A program made the position numbers and the translations under genes. Under the pieces are notes generated by a model. It saw only the letters and a program-made list of their open reading frames with translations. It had not been told where the DNA came from and ran no database searches. A stretch of DNA of 58,807 bases, filler included, from Circinaria calcarea (taxonomy: Eukaryota), in assembly GCA_051942165.1 (NCBI GenBank). It is 7 parts of 7 records of this genome, joined end to end, with 100 filler letters (N's around TTAATTAATTAA, not from the genome) between each part and the next. Parts side by side here need not be neighbours in the genome. Positions count along the whole stretch, not along the records: positions 16,854 to 25,175 come from JAVECS010001133.1; positions 25,276 to 33,596 come from JAVECS010001134.1; positions 33,697 to 42,010 come from JAVECS010001135.1; 4 more parts are not named here. The stretch is one strand, 5' to 3'. Each line of letters opens with the position of its first letter. The first letter of the stretch is position 1. This document shows positions 23,528 to 37,050 of the stretch, piece after piece.

Positions 23528-23951
23528 ATAGAATCACGAAAGTAGTACAGGGATTATGGAGTTACGGAGTAACCTTCCTCAAGGTAGCCCGAGGGAAGAA
23601 AATCTCATCAATTTCCCAGCCTCCCCCTCTCTATTCTATTCACTCCAAGTTTCACAAAAATCGTCAATACCAATCACGTGATAGTCAAAATCAAGAAAAC
23701 AACCATTGTATGAGTGGGTAAATGTCATCTTCATTGAATCTGTTCTAATCCACCTTTCTAACCCTTTTTGAGGAAGGGAAAAAAAAAAGGTTCTCGGTGT
23801 TTTGGTTCCATCCAATTCCACAACATGCGTAACCAACAGCCTCCTCAATGCCAACATTATCCCGATAGCATCACATCCATACCGCCACCATTAGGAGCGG
23901 AACAGAATATATATCCCATCGTAAACAATCGAGACAAGGGGATACCGAAGC

Positions 23952-25145
23952 TTACAAGTGGAGGTCATGCCAACCTCCAACCCACTCAATATCGGCATCG
24001 TCGTCCTCATGGGATCCAGATCTCCCGTAACGATACTGATGAGGAGAGTTTTCACGACGCCAATCCTTTACTTTAACCCCAGTGTTCGGGGTATCCTTGT
24101 CCTTGCGCTCCCAGAACCCGCCTCCGAAACCGACGCCAGTACCAGCATTCCCAGAATACGCCTTCATACCGAACCCACCTTTCCAGGAACCGCCTGTACT
24201 TGTAAGCTTTCCTCCGCCCCTATTCTTGATCCCATCTTGACTCCCATACTCTGGCTTCTTCTCTTCCGCTTGATTGAACGCACGTCGACGATTACCCAAC
24301 ACTGCCCACTTGTCCAGGATAGAACGCTTGGAAGGTGGAGAATAGGTAGGCATCTTATTTGCCGTCTTGAAAGCCTGGTTCGACAGCCCCGTTTTCTCGT
24401 TAATTCCGTCATAAAACTTGTTGCGGCTCTCGTTGTCAACGTTTTTTGTCACGACATCAATGGGCGACGAAGCCTTGACTTCAGCTGACCCGTTGTGACG
24501 AATGGTAGGATCGTCGTCAATGCTCTCTTGACTCCAATTGAGTCCGTTGAATGCGCGTCGAGTGTCAACAAGCTCCTCCTCTTCATCTTCGTCCCAGAGG
24601 TCACTCCAGCTCTTCGAGACCATGTTGTCCTTGTTGCCAAAAACGGTAGACATGGCAGAGACAGGCTTCGAAGCAGTGACTGGCAAAGATCCAGACAAGG
24701 GACTCAGAACAGCACAAGGCGGATTACGAGGCGCAGGTGCACGGAAGTGCATGGACTTGACTGACGCACTGAGAGCTGAATCCAGGACCGAAGCAAGGGA
24801 AGGGGTCTGTTCAGAAGTCGAATACCATGGATTCAGATCCTTATCTGCAACAGAGCACATATCTTCTTGATAACTCTCCATGTCCGGAATGGCGGAAAGC
24901 TGACGAGAAGTCCGAGGAGGACTCATATGGAGTGCTTTGGCCCAGGGGAACGCACCCCCTTGTTCCACCGGAGGGCTTTGGATAGACGGTGTACGGAGAG
25001 GGGGACGAGCAGAACTGGCAGGTACGACTTCTCTATCTTCAGTACAAAAATCATCAAAGACCTCGTCGTCAATTGTAAAGGTTAGGACACGTTGCAAAGC
25101 CTCGCGAACGGCTGCAAGGTTACGCTTCTTCGGGTCAATTGACAT
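23952..25145 (-). CDS. Hypothetical, largely disordered protein (may extend 5' past the contig end)
   Basis: 397-codon S/P/G-rich ORF with short Trp/acidic motifs (SKSWSDLWDEDEEE, EWVGGWHDLHL). Confidence 0.7.
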   Translation of the reverse strand: MSIDPKKRNLAAVREALQRVLTFTIDDEVFDDFCTEDREVVPASSARPPLRTPSIQSPPVEQGGAFPWAKALHMSPPRTSRQLSAIPDMESYQEDMCSVADKDLNPWYSTSEQTPSLASVLDSALSASVKSMHFRAPAPRNPPCAVLSPLSGSLPVTASKPVSAMSTVFGNKDNMVSKSWSDLWDEDEEEELVDTRRAFNGLNWSQESIDDDPTIRHNGSAEVKASSPIDVVTKNVDNESRNKFYDGINEKTGLSNQAFKTANKMPTYSPPSKRSILDKWAVLGNRRRAFNQAEEKKPEYGSQDGIKNRGGGKLTSTGGSWKGGFGMKAYSGNAGTGVGFGGGFWERKDKDTPNTGVKVKDWRRENSPHQYRYGRSGSHEDDDADIEWVGGWHDLHL

Positions 25146-25275
25146 GGCGTGGACAAGAACTTCGAAGGTGTCCTGNNNNNNNNNNNNNNNNNNNNNNNNN
25201 NNNNNNNNNNNNNNNNNNNTTAATTAATTAANNNNNNNNNNNNNNNNNNNNNNNNNNNNNNNNNNNNNNNNNNNN

Positions 25276-26567
25276 GAGCCAAAATGCATCGAAGCCATAC
25301 AAGGGGTTGTAAAGGCCCTAGATAAGGCCATCGAAGAAGCTGGAGTTGACGAGAATGGGAACCAGATCAAGTCCCATGAGGTAATAAAGCTAATGAGTAT
25401 GTTTGGTTTGGAGGACTTGAATAGTGTAAGGGATTGGATGCTTGTCGTGGCACTCCCAATGTATCTATGGCAGGGAAAAAACTGGGATATGAACCTGGAG
25501 CACACTCACGATTGGGATTACTTCTGCACGAATCTGACATCGCCCTCGCCACAAAAGTCATCAAGCTTCCAGGTCCCATTGTTAGCAGGAGGTAGTTACA
25601 CGGTTAGTTCAAGGAGGAAGAAAGAGGAACCTAAGACGAACAGATATGCAAAGCTCGCAAACTACGCAAACTACGCAAACTATGTTAGAGAGCATATCGT
25701 CAAAAGATGGTGTACCTCCAACGGGGTTTCGGTGCAATACTGTTTTGATACTGACAATCGAACATTCTATGGAGACATTCGGTTAGGTCAAGTACGTAGC
25801 AATCACTTATAAAGATAGATCCTGCTGCTTTCAACTTCACCAACGAATACAAGACTTTCGCTAAGCTGTGACTCCCTAGGTCTCAAGGTTATGGACCTAC
25901 CAAGTCTGCCTCGAGGTTAGAAATATTCTAGTGCAATCCTTCATTCAAAAAAGTGCCGCTTACATTGACCTTGCTATTTCCCGATTAGTGGGAATACTTT
26001 CTCACCGCGCCTCCCGCACAGCATCCTACCCTCATATCCCGGTACCTCGATCTTCCCTACTTTAGCAAGGTCTGCCAACTTGCGTACAGCTTCCGTAAGC
26101 ACCTATTTCCAACCGGTTTTCTTTCTTCGAGTGCTCCCTTATTCTCTCCAGTTGATGTTTCGCATATATCTGTCTTCTTACAAAGCTAATACCCAAACTC
26201 CGGTTACACAGCCCCGTCCCATCATCCCAACACCACCGCAATAAACCAATATGGAAACTTCTCCCTATCACCCTCCCACCTTCTGTACATCGATGGCGAT
26301 CAAGACCCGTGGTTGTACGCCACTGTACATTCCCCATACGCCAAAGAGTATCGAGGAGGCTTGGGTGAGGAGGACGGGATCTTGATCCCTGAAGCTTGGC
26401 ATCATTGTGACGAGAATGGCCTCGGAAATACTACGGAGGAACCGCCGCGGATTAGAAAGGTGCATGAGAAGGAGATTGAGGTCGTCAAGGCGTGGATTGC
26501 CGAGTGGCATAAGGAGAGAAGGGAGAAAGAGAAGTTTGGGGGAAGGCGAGAGGAGAAGCGTCTGTAA
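25276..26567 (+). CDS. Serine carboxypeptidase family S28, C-terminal part, multi-exon
   Basis: WTYQVC, LISRYLDL, YIDGDQDPW (catalytic Asp) and AWHHCDEN (catalytic His) motifs. The 5' end is cut by the linker. Confidence 0.88.
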
Positions 26568-27247
26568 GGAAGGGCTTAGGATCTGGTGATTGGGTAACGA
26601 GGTTAAATGTAGTATAATTTAAGCGGTGTCACATATACTCCTGAATGTCTCGCCTGTGACTTCCATTCACTCATATACTGCGCGTATAAATTTTATCTCT
26701 CTAACTAGACTGGGCGATCTTAACCGTAGGAGTCTCTAGAAGGGTTATAGGTAAGGTTTGCTAATGCCATATCACAGACATAGAGTTCTGGGATCTGGCG
26801 TCCTCATTCTGTGATTGGGTGGGGCTGCTGGGAGCCAAGCTTGTCACGTGGGCTTGTCCTTATGTACGCAGCCTTGTTGGAGAAAATTTTGACACCTTGA
26901 CGCCTGGTGAGTGCCTGTTTCAAACCAGTTTAAGTAATCATCCTCCGATGGCGGCGGGAGATGCAGAGGCAACTGTCGCATACAAGAAAGGACACTGGTT
27001 CAATCATTTGCTTGGCACAGCCGCCTCTTCTGTATGTTCAGGCTGTTTGTGTCACGCCGGTTAGAACTTTACATTCCGAGTGGATTGTTGATCGCGAGGC
27101 ACCTCAAAGATGCACAGCGTAACCATAACTGTTCTTTATGAGCCACAGTCTTGCAGCTGACAGCCCGAGTGAAAGGTGTGCCGATTGCCATATTTACCTT
27201 AAACACCGAAATGTCTTTCCTTGTCCCTTTCCCTCCTTCATCTCATT

Positions 27248-29816
27248 ATGGATCCGCTCTCTATCATCGCAGGCTCTATTGCCGTTCTTGGTGCCGGCGG
27301 AAAAGTAGTCAAGGGGCTTACAAAACTCAAAGACTTGCGCAATGTTCCCGATCTATTACTGGCGGTCGTCAACGAGGTATCAGATCTCAGCCTGATCGTG
27401 CAGGAAATCAGGGCAATATTCGGGCAAGATACGATACATGGAACGATCCCACCGACGGCAACTTCTACTCTAACTCAACTCCTTGATCGTGCGCAGGTGG
27501 TTCTCCTTGAACTCGACCAGATCATCAACTACCGACTACTCTTGCCGCCAAACAATGATGATGAGATCAACGTCAGCCACTCTGCTTGGCTTGGCGAAGA
27601 ACGCCATGTTCTTAAACTTCAAACGAGACTACGTACGATCAGATTAGACATAGTGGCAGGACTCGCGACCTTGAATTTGTTAGTGACTACCACGAAGTTC
27701 AAAAGGAGTTGCTGACAAGTTGTCATACCGCTTTAGGTCAAGTGCCCTTCGCCTTGAAGTCAGACTACAAGAGCTTGGCATCATGACCGAAAATGTCCAG
27801 CAATCACAACAGCTGTGCGAAGACCATCTCAGGCAAGCTCCACGACAGGATGCGGTGGAGCAAATGTTTGCGCAACTACGTCACTTGCAAGACCTCCAAT
27901 ACCGCACTGATAGTACTCTACGTGGCCTAAGCAATGACCTCATCACGTCTAGGGAGCTCACAGCTTGTTCGAGCGTCAACCAGCAAAGTCCCAGGGGTAT
28001 ATCGACGGTGACTGGACCACTGATATCTGACAGAGTGACTCTACCCAGGTCGTCAAATGCCATAAACATTAAAGTGAAGCAATACCGCGGTGCATCCTGT
28101 CCACCGAGATGTTTATGCAAATGCCATACGAGCAAGCAGATGAGAAGTCCCCAGCTCTTAGATCGGTTAATAGGAAACCTATTTTTGGGTTACTCACATA
28201 CCCCGATCTTCGCACCTAGTTGTGACAAGGCTACTTGCGGTCAACTTCCATTCTGTTTCATCACTATTACATATCTATTCCCAACTTGGTTCCTGCATCA
28301 AATTTTGTCAATATTTTTTGTGTACACGAAACGAGATGGGCCCGCTTTAAGCTTAAGGACGCTGAGGATTCGTTCTGGAACTGATGTGATTTTTCACTCC
28401 GCTGCTATTGGCGATATTACCCGTATTAAATCATTATTTGCAAAAGGGGAAGCATCTCCTTTTGATGTTATGGCAGCGAGTGGTCAATCGCTTTTAGACG
28501 TAAAGAAAGTCAACCCACCTGCGGAAGTAATTACTTACCCGCATCCAGATGGCTATCCGCGAAACGAAACATGAGGTATGCCAGCTCTTGCTCAACGAAG
28601 GGGCAGATCCATATTTTCAGATTGGAACCACTTGGCAAGCTAAATATTCTTGGGGTTATCCTTCTTCTAATTAAATAACAGGCCAACTATTGATCTGGCT
28701 TGGAATAAAATACTTCGCGGTATTGGAGATACAAATGCATTGGCAGCTTTTCGACGCATGTTTGCCGATGACAGCTACCTCGAAGATCAGCGTTTTACGA
28801 CTTTGCATAACATAGTTCTCGGTCTAGATTATAGAGATCTGAGAAGCTATCTTCAAACATGCTCCAGGCCTGAGATTGACCGAACTGATAAATTAGGTCG
28901 AACTGCGCTGCATTGGGCAGCAGCTAGAGCTGATCTTGGCGCAGTGCAGAACCTTTTGGCTATGCACGCAGATCCTAACATCATGACTTCTCGGGGTCAT
29001 GGGCCTTTGCATATGGCTGCTGCAAATGGAGTGATTGAGATTATGAACTGCTTGATTGATTCTGGAGCTCAAGCAGACGGAAAGGATGATCACTATCAAA
29101 TTACTCCTTTGATATATATGTGTACCTTTGCGATGCTAAACTCAGATTGTCTAAAGAGACTTATTGACTCAGGAGCTAATGTTGATGCACAAGAATACCG
29201 AGGAGCTACTGCGTTGATATATGCCTCTCAATACAACGCCACCTCAGCTGTTATTATCTTACTGGAAACTCACGCCGATATCAACAAATCGAAGTTTGAC
29301 GGAGAAACACCCTTACATGTAGCTGTCCAAGCGAACAGCCACGATACTTTGGACATACTGTTGTCCCACGATACAAACTGTACATTATACACAGAGCGTT
29401 CCCGCTCGATCCTCCACGAAGCAGCCGGATACGGTGATCTGAAAACATTACAAATCCTCCGATCCGCACGCTTGCAAGGCCTAGAGACCACCAGGAAAGA
29501 CTCAGCAGGAGATACCCCAGAGCGACTTGCAAATCGACGCACCGACGAGCCGCCTGAGTGGCATACCGCTTTTTCCGATCTGTTGGCAAGTGTGACTGAG
29601 GAAATCCCTGAAACGTCACAGCCTGCGGAAAGTGATAACAGCGGAGCAGCTCCCGCATCAACAGCTGTGAGATTTGTCATAGCTGCCATGACACAGCTTT
29701 ACGAAGAGATGCAGCAGATTCACCAATATGCGTCTCAACTTCCCCGCCCGCCGAATGCCGTTCTGCGTGCTTTGCTTGTGATTTGTGTGGCTGTGGCGTG
29801 GCGGCTTCTTCCATAG
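27248..29816 (+). CDS. Fungal STAND-type N-terminal (HeLo-like) helical domain plus ankyrin repeats and a C-terminal hydrophobic helix; 4 exons
   Basis: MDPLSIIAGSIAV start, CPPRCLCKCH, and ankyrin repeats (GRTALHWAA, GHGPLHMAA, GATALIYAS, GETPLHVAV). Introns at ~27679-27736, ~28500-28548 and 28635-28681. Confidence 0.88.
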
Positions 29817-30498
29817 CTTTCCGCTCGTTGGACTGGCTGTTGACAGGGAGGGTGATGGGCGGCATACGGCGAGTTTCTCGAGGATTCGGGGAATTGAGCT
29901 TTTACAAAAGACAGGAGATTGTCAAGTCTTACGTTCTTCGAGTCATTAGTACTTTTATTAGGAGAGTAGCATAGAAGCCCATCCAAGCGTCAAGTGAGCA
30001 TCAGTAGCGTTGCGGAACATCGTGATCTTCAAAGCCAAACCCCACTCTTCCGCCGTGAAATTCCTATCCTTGGCTTGCGCCTCCATGCACCCTCTTTTTC
30101 ACCTCTTATTTCACCCGTGTTCCCAATGAAACAGCCCCGATTCTATCTTTCTTTCTAGAACGGGAGCTGTGTATAGTTAAGGTGTAGCGTCCCCAGGTAG
30201 CGAAATTCTCTGAATTGAAGCTCGTAGAACCATGTATGGATAACAGCATCTGGTTTATACTTTAATATAGGGTGGGGTTGGTTTGTAAAGTAGGAGTAGC
30301 TTGCAAGCCGCTTCTCTCTCGTGGTTGATACGGCGTGCGCCTAAGGTACATGCCATTCACCGGATAGATCAAGACCACAGTTGCCAATCAGATGTTTGAT
30401 ACCGATTCGTCCTATGCTAAATCTGTTCTCATCCAATCTCCAGCCAATTAGTTCTGTCAATTGATGGTTCTTGCCTCCATAAGGCCGCCTCTACTACA

Positions 30499-32582
30499 AT
30501 GGCATTCTGCCCCACCTGCTACGACCTAGACGGACGGAACTGCGGCTCGAAGAAAACCCCCCAAAGTGATAGTCTCTCTTTTCACTGTACCCTTCAAGCC
30601 CTCGCTCGGCAGCAAGCCCATGGCTGTCCCAGCTGCTCCCTTCTGCTCGACGGTATCCTCCCATACCGCGAGTCTTGGCGGGAAATCACGGAGAGCGAGC
30701 TTGATGTTTCGATTTGGAAGTATGAGAGGACTGCGTCTAATGTGTCGATTAATAGAATCGAGAATACAGGGGTGGGGAATATGAGTCATATGGTGCTTCA
30801 TCTTGAGTTTTTTGTTCTTGAAGGTAAGAATATGGGTTACTATAGGGGGTTTGGGCCTTGGCTGAGGAATAACTGGTTATTAACCATCTTAGTTTGAACT
30901 TGACCGCTTGTGTCTTATGTGCAATTAAGTGATAATTCGGCTGGTTTCACCATCGACACTATTTAATGTAACTACTGATATGTTTTCGTTGAATCCAACT
31001 ACAATCTTAATCCATTTGATGCTAACCGTCTAACAGGTCAGAAAAGCCCTTGGCCGACACTTTCACAGGCAGTACCTATTCCAGAGAATCCTCTCAGCAA
31101 CGAAACTAAAGTCAATGTCTTAACATGGATGCGAGACTGCGATGCTAACCATTCCGCATGCGTGGTGGGTCATTCTCTACTGCCAAAACGCATCTTAGAT
31201 CTAAGAGGTAGAGATGATAAAATGGATACAACCCTCAACGAACCTAACGCAGAGTGCGCTCCTTACATCACTTTCAGTCATTGTTGGGGAGTCAGTTGCC
31301 CGCTAACAACGACCCACGCCACTCTGAGTACTAGGAAGCAGGGCATCAAGTACGAAGATTTGCTTTGCACTTTCCAAGATGCCATTCGTATCTGCTGGTG
31401 GCTGGAGATTCGATACCTGTGGATTGACTCACTATGTATCATCCAAGATGATGTTGAAGACTGGCAGAGGCATTCCGCACAGATGGCTAATTTTTACGAG
31501 CAGTCATATTTGACAATCTCTGCTAGTACAGCATCCGACAGCCATAGTGGCTTTCTGGCCGATCGAGAGAAGACAAAAGTGGTCAGACATATCCAGGGCA
31601 ACGGCTCAGCCACTACTATTTACAGTCGTACGGCGATCAGCCATCTGCAGCTATTCAATATCTCTCAAGCCCTGTTGAGCCAAAGGATCGCTACTTGTTG
31701 TACACCCGGGCCTAGTGTTTTCAAGAGCGGTTCTTAGCAAGGCGCATTCTCCACTTCTTAATATCGGAGGTTGTTTTTGACTGTCGCAGCGGTCATCATT
31801 GTGAGTGTGGTGAGGTTATCCGAGAGTATGGCGCGGCCTTAAAGCACAGTTTTACGGCGATCAACAAAACCAACACCAATCCCGCAATTGAACTGAGCCT
31901 AGCTCCTTACGAACAAAAAGATCCTCGAGAATTCTGGCGAACGCTTGTCAAGGAATACACGGAGAATAGTCTTACCTTCTCCCGTGACAAGCTACCCGCA
32001 CTGTCTGGAATCGCCAGTCGCATGCCAGCCGCAGTGATGGGTTCTTACATTGCGGGTCTCTGAGAGCGAGATATCCCCAGCCAGCTGATCTGGTACGTTC
32101 CTAGCTACGTTAACGTCAGTTGGAGGCGACATACCTCCTATGTCGCTCCTTCCTTCTCTTGGGCATCAATCGATGGGCCTATACTATGGAGAGAATGGCA
32201 TTCTTGGGTAGAGTCTTCGGTAACAGTTCTGGAAGTGCGGCGTGAGCTTAAAGGAGTTGATCCAACCGGAGAGGTCTCGTACGGGTATATCACCTTATGC
32301 AGAGCTCTGATTACCGTCCGAATCATCCAAGTTCATGGAGTTGCCCATGTGGAGAAATCTGGATCCAGCAAGAAGGTGAAGTTGGACATACCGAGCGATT
32401 TGGCGTCCCTCGAAGGCGAATCTGTTTATTGTTTTAGACTGTTTACCTACTACGGCGTGATGGCGTTGGTACTCAGACGCTTAGCCAAGTCCGAGGACAC
32501 CTATGACCGGATAGGTCTCGTCAAGAACGCTGACAAGGTTTGGTTTCACAATGCTCCTGACAGTATAGTGACAATAATATAA
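30499..32582 (+). pseudogene. HET-domain heterokaryon incompatibility protein, disrupted
   Basis: LPKRILD, YITFSHCWG, YLWIDSLCIIQD, TRA*CFQER, DKLPALSG, YIAGL* and APSFSWAS motifs. Frameshift at ~31650-31700, TAG at 31713 and TGA at 32061. Confidence 0.88.
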
Positions 32583-33696
32583 TGGAATTGGGACTTGAAC
32601 CAGCATTTCGGTCGTTTTTTCCTACCGAAATAACCTCTTACAGCACTCGTGTGGCGCCCCTGTCAGCTGAATAATGAGAATGCGCAAGGCAGTATTAGCG
32701 CCATACTGCTAGTAGTAGCGCGCAGTAAATCAAATATGTTAGCTCTCTTTCCCAAGCTTACTTTGGTTCATTGAAGTGGGAAGGAAGATGCAGCAAATCA
32801 TGGGCTATTTGGCTTCCGCCCGAGATTGATAAGTGAAAACAGTTTTTAGCAATAGCTTGAAATGTCAGCTTTACGCTCTGTTAGTCGTCAACAAATACAG
32901 CTACTGGTCTCGGTAATGAATAGCTCAGGTCTTAGCCCTGCGCACACGCTCAAGGGACGTAGCATAATATAATGCTATCCAAAACATCCAGAATCATCCA
33001 AAACAGCCGGGTGACCTTAGAAACTCCACCACACTGACATTTTGCATTGCAGACTTTCCTACCCGCGGTCCTGGCGAGTGCTCTCAGAACAGATAGAAAG
33101 AGAGTGGTGGTCGGAGAAAAAAAAGGTATTGTACAAGAAGGAGAACGGGGGCTAAATATCTTTATAGCGTATCGGGGTATCAATTCGAAGGAAAGAAATT
33201 AGGTTTGAGAAATATTATCATCACGCTAGGATATCCTTTGACAGATTCCCCATGCAGAAAGTACAGCAGCAGTTCCTAAAATACAAGCTATTAAAATAAT
33301 GAGCTAGTGTTCGGTGGCTAGGGCTTTGGCTAGGCTAGGCTAACGATGCTCTCCCTAGCAAATTCACCTATCCACTTCATTATCTCGCAACATCGCTCCC
33401 CTTAATCTTACCTAAATAAGCTCTCTTCAGAACAAGCCATCGTTCACGTATCAACCCTTTTAAATCATTACTATGCACCGTCCAGGGGAATCTCTAACCC
33501 CATTCTCAATTCTCATTCTCGTTCCCGTCATACCCACACCCACTCCAGAGCCTCGAAAGGGCTCCTTTCTAATCGAACCATCACCCCACCCCCCCCNNNN
33601 NNNNNNNNNNNNNNNNNNNNNNNNNNNNNNNNNNNNNNNNTTAATTAATTAANNNNNNNNNNNNNNNNNNNNNNNNNNNNNNNNNNNNNNNNNNNN

Positions 33697-33835
33697 CCTG
33701 TAGCTTGCCCACTCCATGCGGAACAGCAAATATGTAAACAAAGGGTTCATTGAACCTCCGGGAACACTCTGCATGGAATGCGCGGGTGTGCAGAACTTCT
33801 GCATGGAAAACCATATGTTCCGCCACCTTCCAACA
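33697..33835. mobile_element. LTR end fragment, same family as 11612-11751
   Basis: Clear alignment (AAAGGGTTCATTGAACCTCCGGGA, GTGCAGAACTTCTGCATGGAAAACCA). Homology ends essentially at TTCCAACA. Confidence 0.7.
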
Positions 33836-35064
33836 AAAGATCAGTTTGTGAGTTTCCCTGAATCATCTTAGCCGGGAGAAAGCGAGAGACGGTGAGATTG
33901 TGATATTCTTTAAGGGTATGATTTGATAAAAGTGATGATCTAAGAAAATTTGACTCGCCGTTACAATCAGAGAATTCCTAACCTCTTAACTCTACCGCTG
34001 AATTCAAAAGCTTATCAACTGCGAGAGTGTAGGCCACATTTTCTAGACCCTTATCAATCCTCGATTACATTTCTCTTTTTCCTGGATGATCTGTAAGCAA
34101 ACAAAGAACGTCGCTTACACGATATCATAATCCAGCTCCTAAAAACTAATATGCAGTCTCAGGGATAAGGCCTGTCATTCGAATTCAATGCTAAAAGCGT
34201 CCATATAAACGTGTATTAAAGCTATTTACAAAATGTACAGGCTAAGAAGTGGGTCGCCGAAGTTTAGTAAGCCCGCGCCGGTCGCCTGACAGCCTAGGGC
34301 TACGCCCGTTCCGAAGTCCTAGGGCTTACCAAATTATGTGTGTGTTACCTATAGATAATATAGGGTCTATGCTCCATACTCTCACGCCCTACACAGATGC
34401 ATAATGCACTCACGCACGATGTAATCACACCGCAACTCAAGCTGTCAGGCTAATTACACTGCGATTATTATTATTACCAGTTAAATAGAGCTTTACTCGT
34501 TACGCCCGTTTTATAAACCGTGTTTTCTATACGGTTGACGGCAATATAAATGTTATGGGGTCAGCCCTAGGCCACCCCTGACGGGCGCACGTAGGCCCGG
34601 CGCAGCCCTACGGGCCATGTATTTACCTTCGTACAGCCATTCTGGCTGCATCCGATCCATCTTACACTGAATACACATACTATGCACTGGAGAGCACGCC
34701 TTTCACTACGTGACAGTAAAAGAAAAAGCCAATTAATAAAGCTATCTAGCTCCACCAAGCTGACTTTATTCAGCTATAAAAAATAGGTCCGACGGTTTTA
34801 TCTCTTATTACAAATTAATGGGTACAGTATACGTTTTTATTTGGGAGGTTCGATATATTGAATAAAGCTAATGAGCAGATACTATATGCAGAGTATGGAG
34901 TAACTAATTAAGAAGTTTAAAAGCTTGAATACCACGTGCCAATAATTCCCAATATCTCAGCAAGGAAAGTGGCTATGTCAGGCAATCCCGGCCGGGAGTA
35001 CAGAGTACATCAAAGACAATCGACCTTATTAAAAGATACCGACAGGCCGTTTACGCCTCTTAAT

Positions 35065-36698
35065 TAGTGAAAGTGGGCAAATTATATTTCCAATAACCCC
35101 ATAATGCTTTTCCCATGCACCTTAACAACCTGGTGAAAGATTCAGTCAGTTAATCACCGCTAGATATCTTTAAGAGTCTTCCGGATTATACAATTTCTCA
35201 CCTCAAAGCGCTGATCAGCTGCCTGGAGCAGCTGTGTGAATTCCTTCAGAGTTCGCTGCTTTGCCGCGTATCCGTTCAGTATATGGATATCAATCTGACG
35301 AAGATGATACTCCTCTACTTTAGGCTCCGTATTGGGAGGAGGAAGCAACATGTCGTTAATTAATAGACTCGTGCCTGCTGGGCACTTTTCCATGGCCGAG
35401 ACGAAGGACTTGAAAATTCTGACACAGACATTATCTGGATAGTTGTGGATGACCTGACGTAAAAAGTATACCCCAGCATCAACAACGGGCTGTGGCTCAT
35501 AGAAGCTGTATCGCATGAAGGAAACGCGGTCTTTGACTTAAGGATAATCCAATCGTTTCGGGCCTTGCTCAAACATAATTTCATTAACGTCTTGAACAAT
35601 AAGGCTCAGGTCAGGGAATTGCTATTCGTGGTGATCAGCATTCCATTCCATCAAGGCGTTATTAGAAGAAAAGAGGCGGCGTAAAATTTGATCTAGTTCT
35701 TACAGTAGCTAGGTAAATTGAAATATGCCCGCTTCCCCCACCAACATCCACGACTTTATTCTTTCCGAGGCGGGCCCATGGGAATCGGTCGCGCAGCTCA
35801 ATAGTGTCTCTGTTCACTACAAGTACAAATTAATACAACAACAAGAACAAAATAGTAAAAAACACTTATAAATTATGTCGAGTTATGGGATGCATACTTT
35901 GGACAAGCCCAGCCATAGCCGACGCGAACCTTGCCCCGCGCTCTGGGTTTTCAGCGTACCAAGTGTAGAGAGAAGTGCCGAATCGGAGATTGAAGGCGCT
36001 GTCTTCCGCTTTGGAGATGAAAGGCGTTTTTTGGATGGAAGTAGCAGTCAGCGACGACGCCTCAAACATCTCATCAGCGCTAACTAGTTAACATAGTCGT
36101 TGCATCTATAGATAGGGGGAAAAACCTACTCGAAAACAAAGCAAGACTCAATATCCTTATTGCGCGCGATGAAGGCAGACAAGACCATGTATTGGTACAT
36201 ATCTTCATCTAACTCATGAAAGCAATGCTGAGTGGAGAGAAATTCCATGATGCGTCCTAGACGATCTTCATCCATATTCGCCTCAGCTGCCATCTCCTTT
36301 ACCGACATAGGCCTATCGAGTGGTATAATGGTGAAATACTTGAAACGCAATGCCGTCTGCTATGCTGAAAGATCGTGATAACAGCAGCAGAACGTTCGGA
36401 TCCATTACAGGGGCCCCTTAGCTAAGAGCGTTAGATCTTGAGCGGCCTCAATCAGGTCGGTGCGAATAGCGTCGTATTCGCCATTTCCAGGAACGAGGGG
36501 GGACTCTGATATGAAGTCAGGCTCCTAATAACCATTGCTCTCGATATAATCAATAAGCTTCTCAGCTTGCTTGAGCGTCTCGCGAGCCTTAACTAAAATC
36601 AACGACTGTCCATTACAATTAACCTGTCAGTTCTTTCTAGCTTCACAATAACAACACGCTTTCGACTCGTCTCTCACCTGGCGCTTAGCAACTGCCAT
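35065..36698 (-). pseudogene. Class 2 O-methyltransferase (secondary metabolism), multi-exon, with nonsense mutations
   Basis: ARFASAMAG, VVDVGGGSGHIS, YFLRQVIHNYPD and KQRTLKEF motifs. In-frame stops at 36525-36527, 36405-36407 and 36360-36362. Confidence 0.88.
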
Positions 36699-37050
36699 TT
36701 TCAATCAGATTAATGAATAAGCTATATCCTCTGCTGAGAGAACGAGTAGTGTTTTCTCTCAAAACTGGTCAAGAAGCCCGCAGCATTATAGATGGATATC
36801 TCTCCTCGGTTTTTATTGAAGCGATGAGGTTTTAAAACGTAAAAATTCGCAAGTAAGCTATACGCATACGCATACGCCGTGCTAAGCTTAATAGTTTTCG
36901 TAAATAATATCGAGGTTGCCGATAATTTTCAAGAGTCTGTCGATCACTAATATTAGTTCGATTGGCCGGCATTAATTTCAATAAGGCCGTTAAATATATT
37001 CACGCCAGTGGCGAGCTAACGTGTATCAAGATCAACTTGGATTCGATATT

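Noticed and set aside
25656..25683. 9-bp triplication (ANYANYANY) in the S28 peptidase
   Set aside because: In-frame slippage duplication with no evidence of functional importance.
34284..34450. Short solo LTR or MITE bounded by GCCTGACAGC/GCTGTCAGGC
   Set aside because: Only a 10-bp inverted repeat, with no TSD and no second copy in the window.
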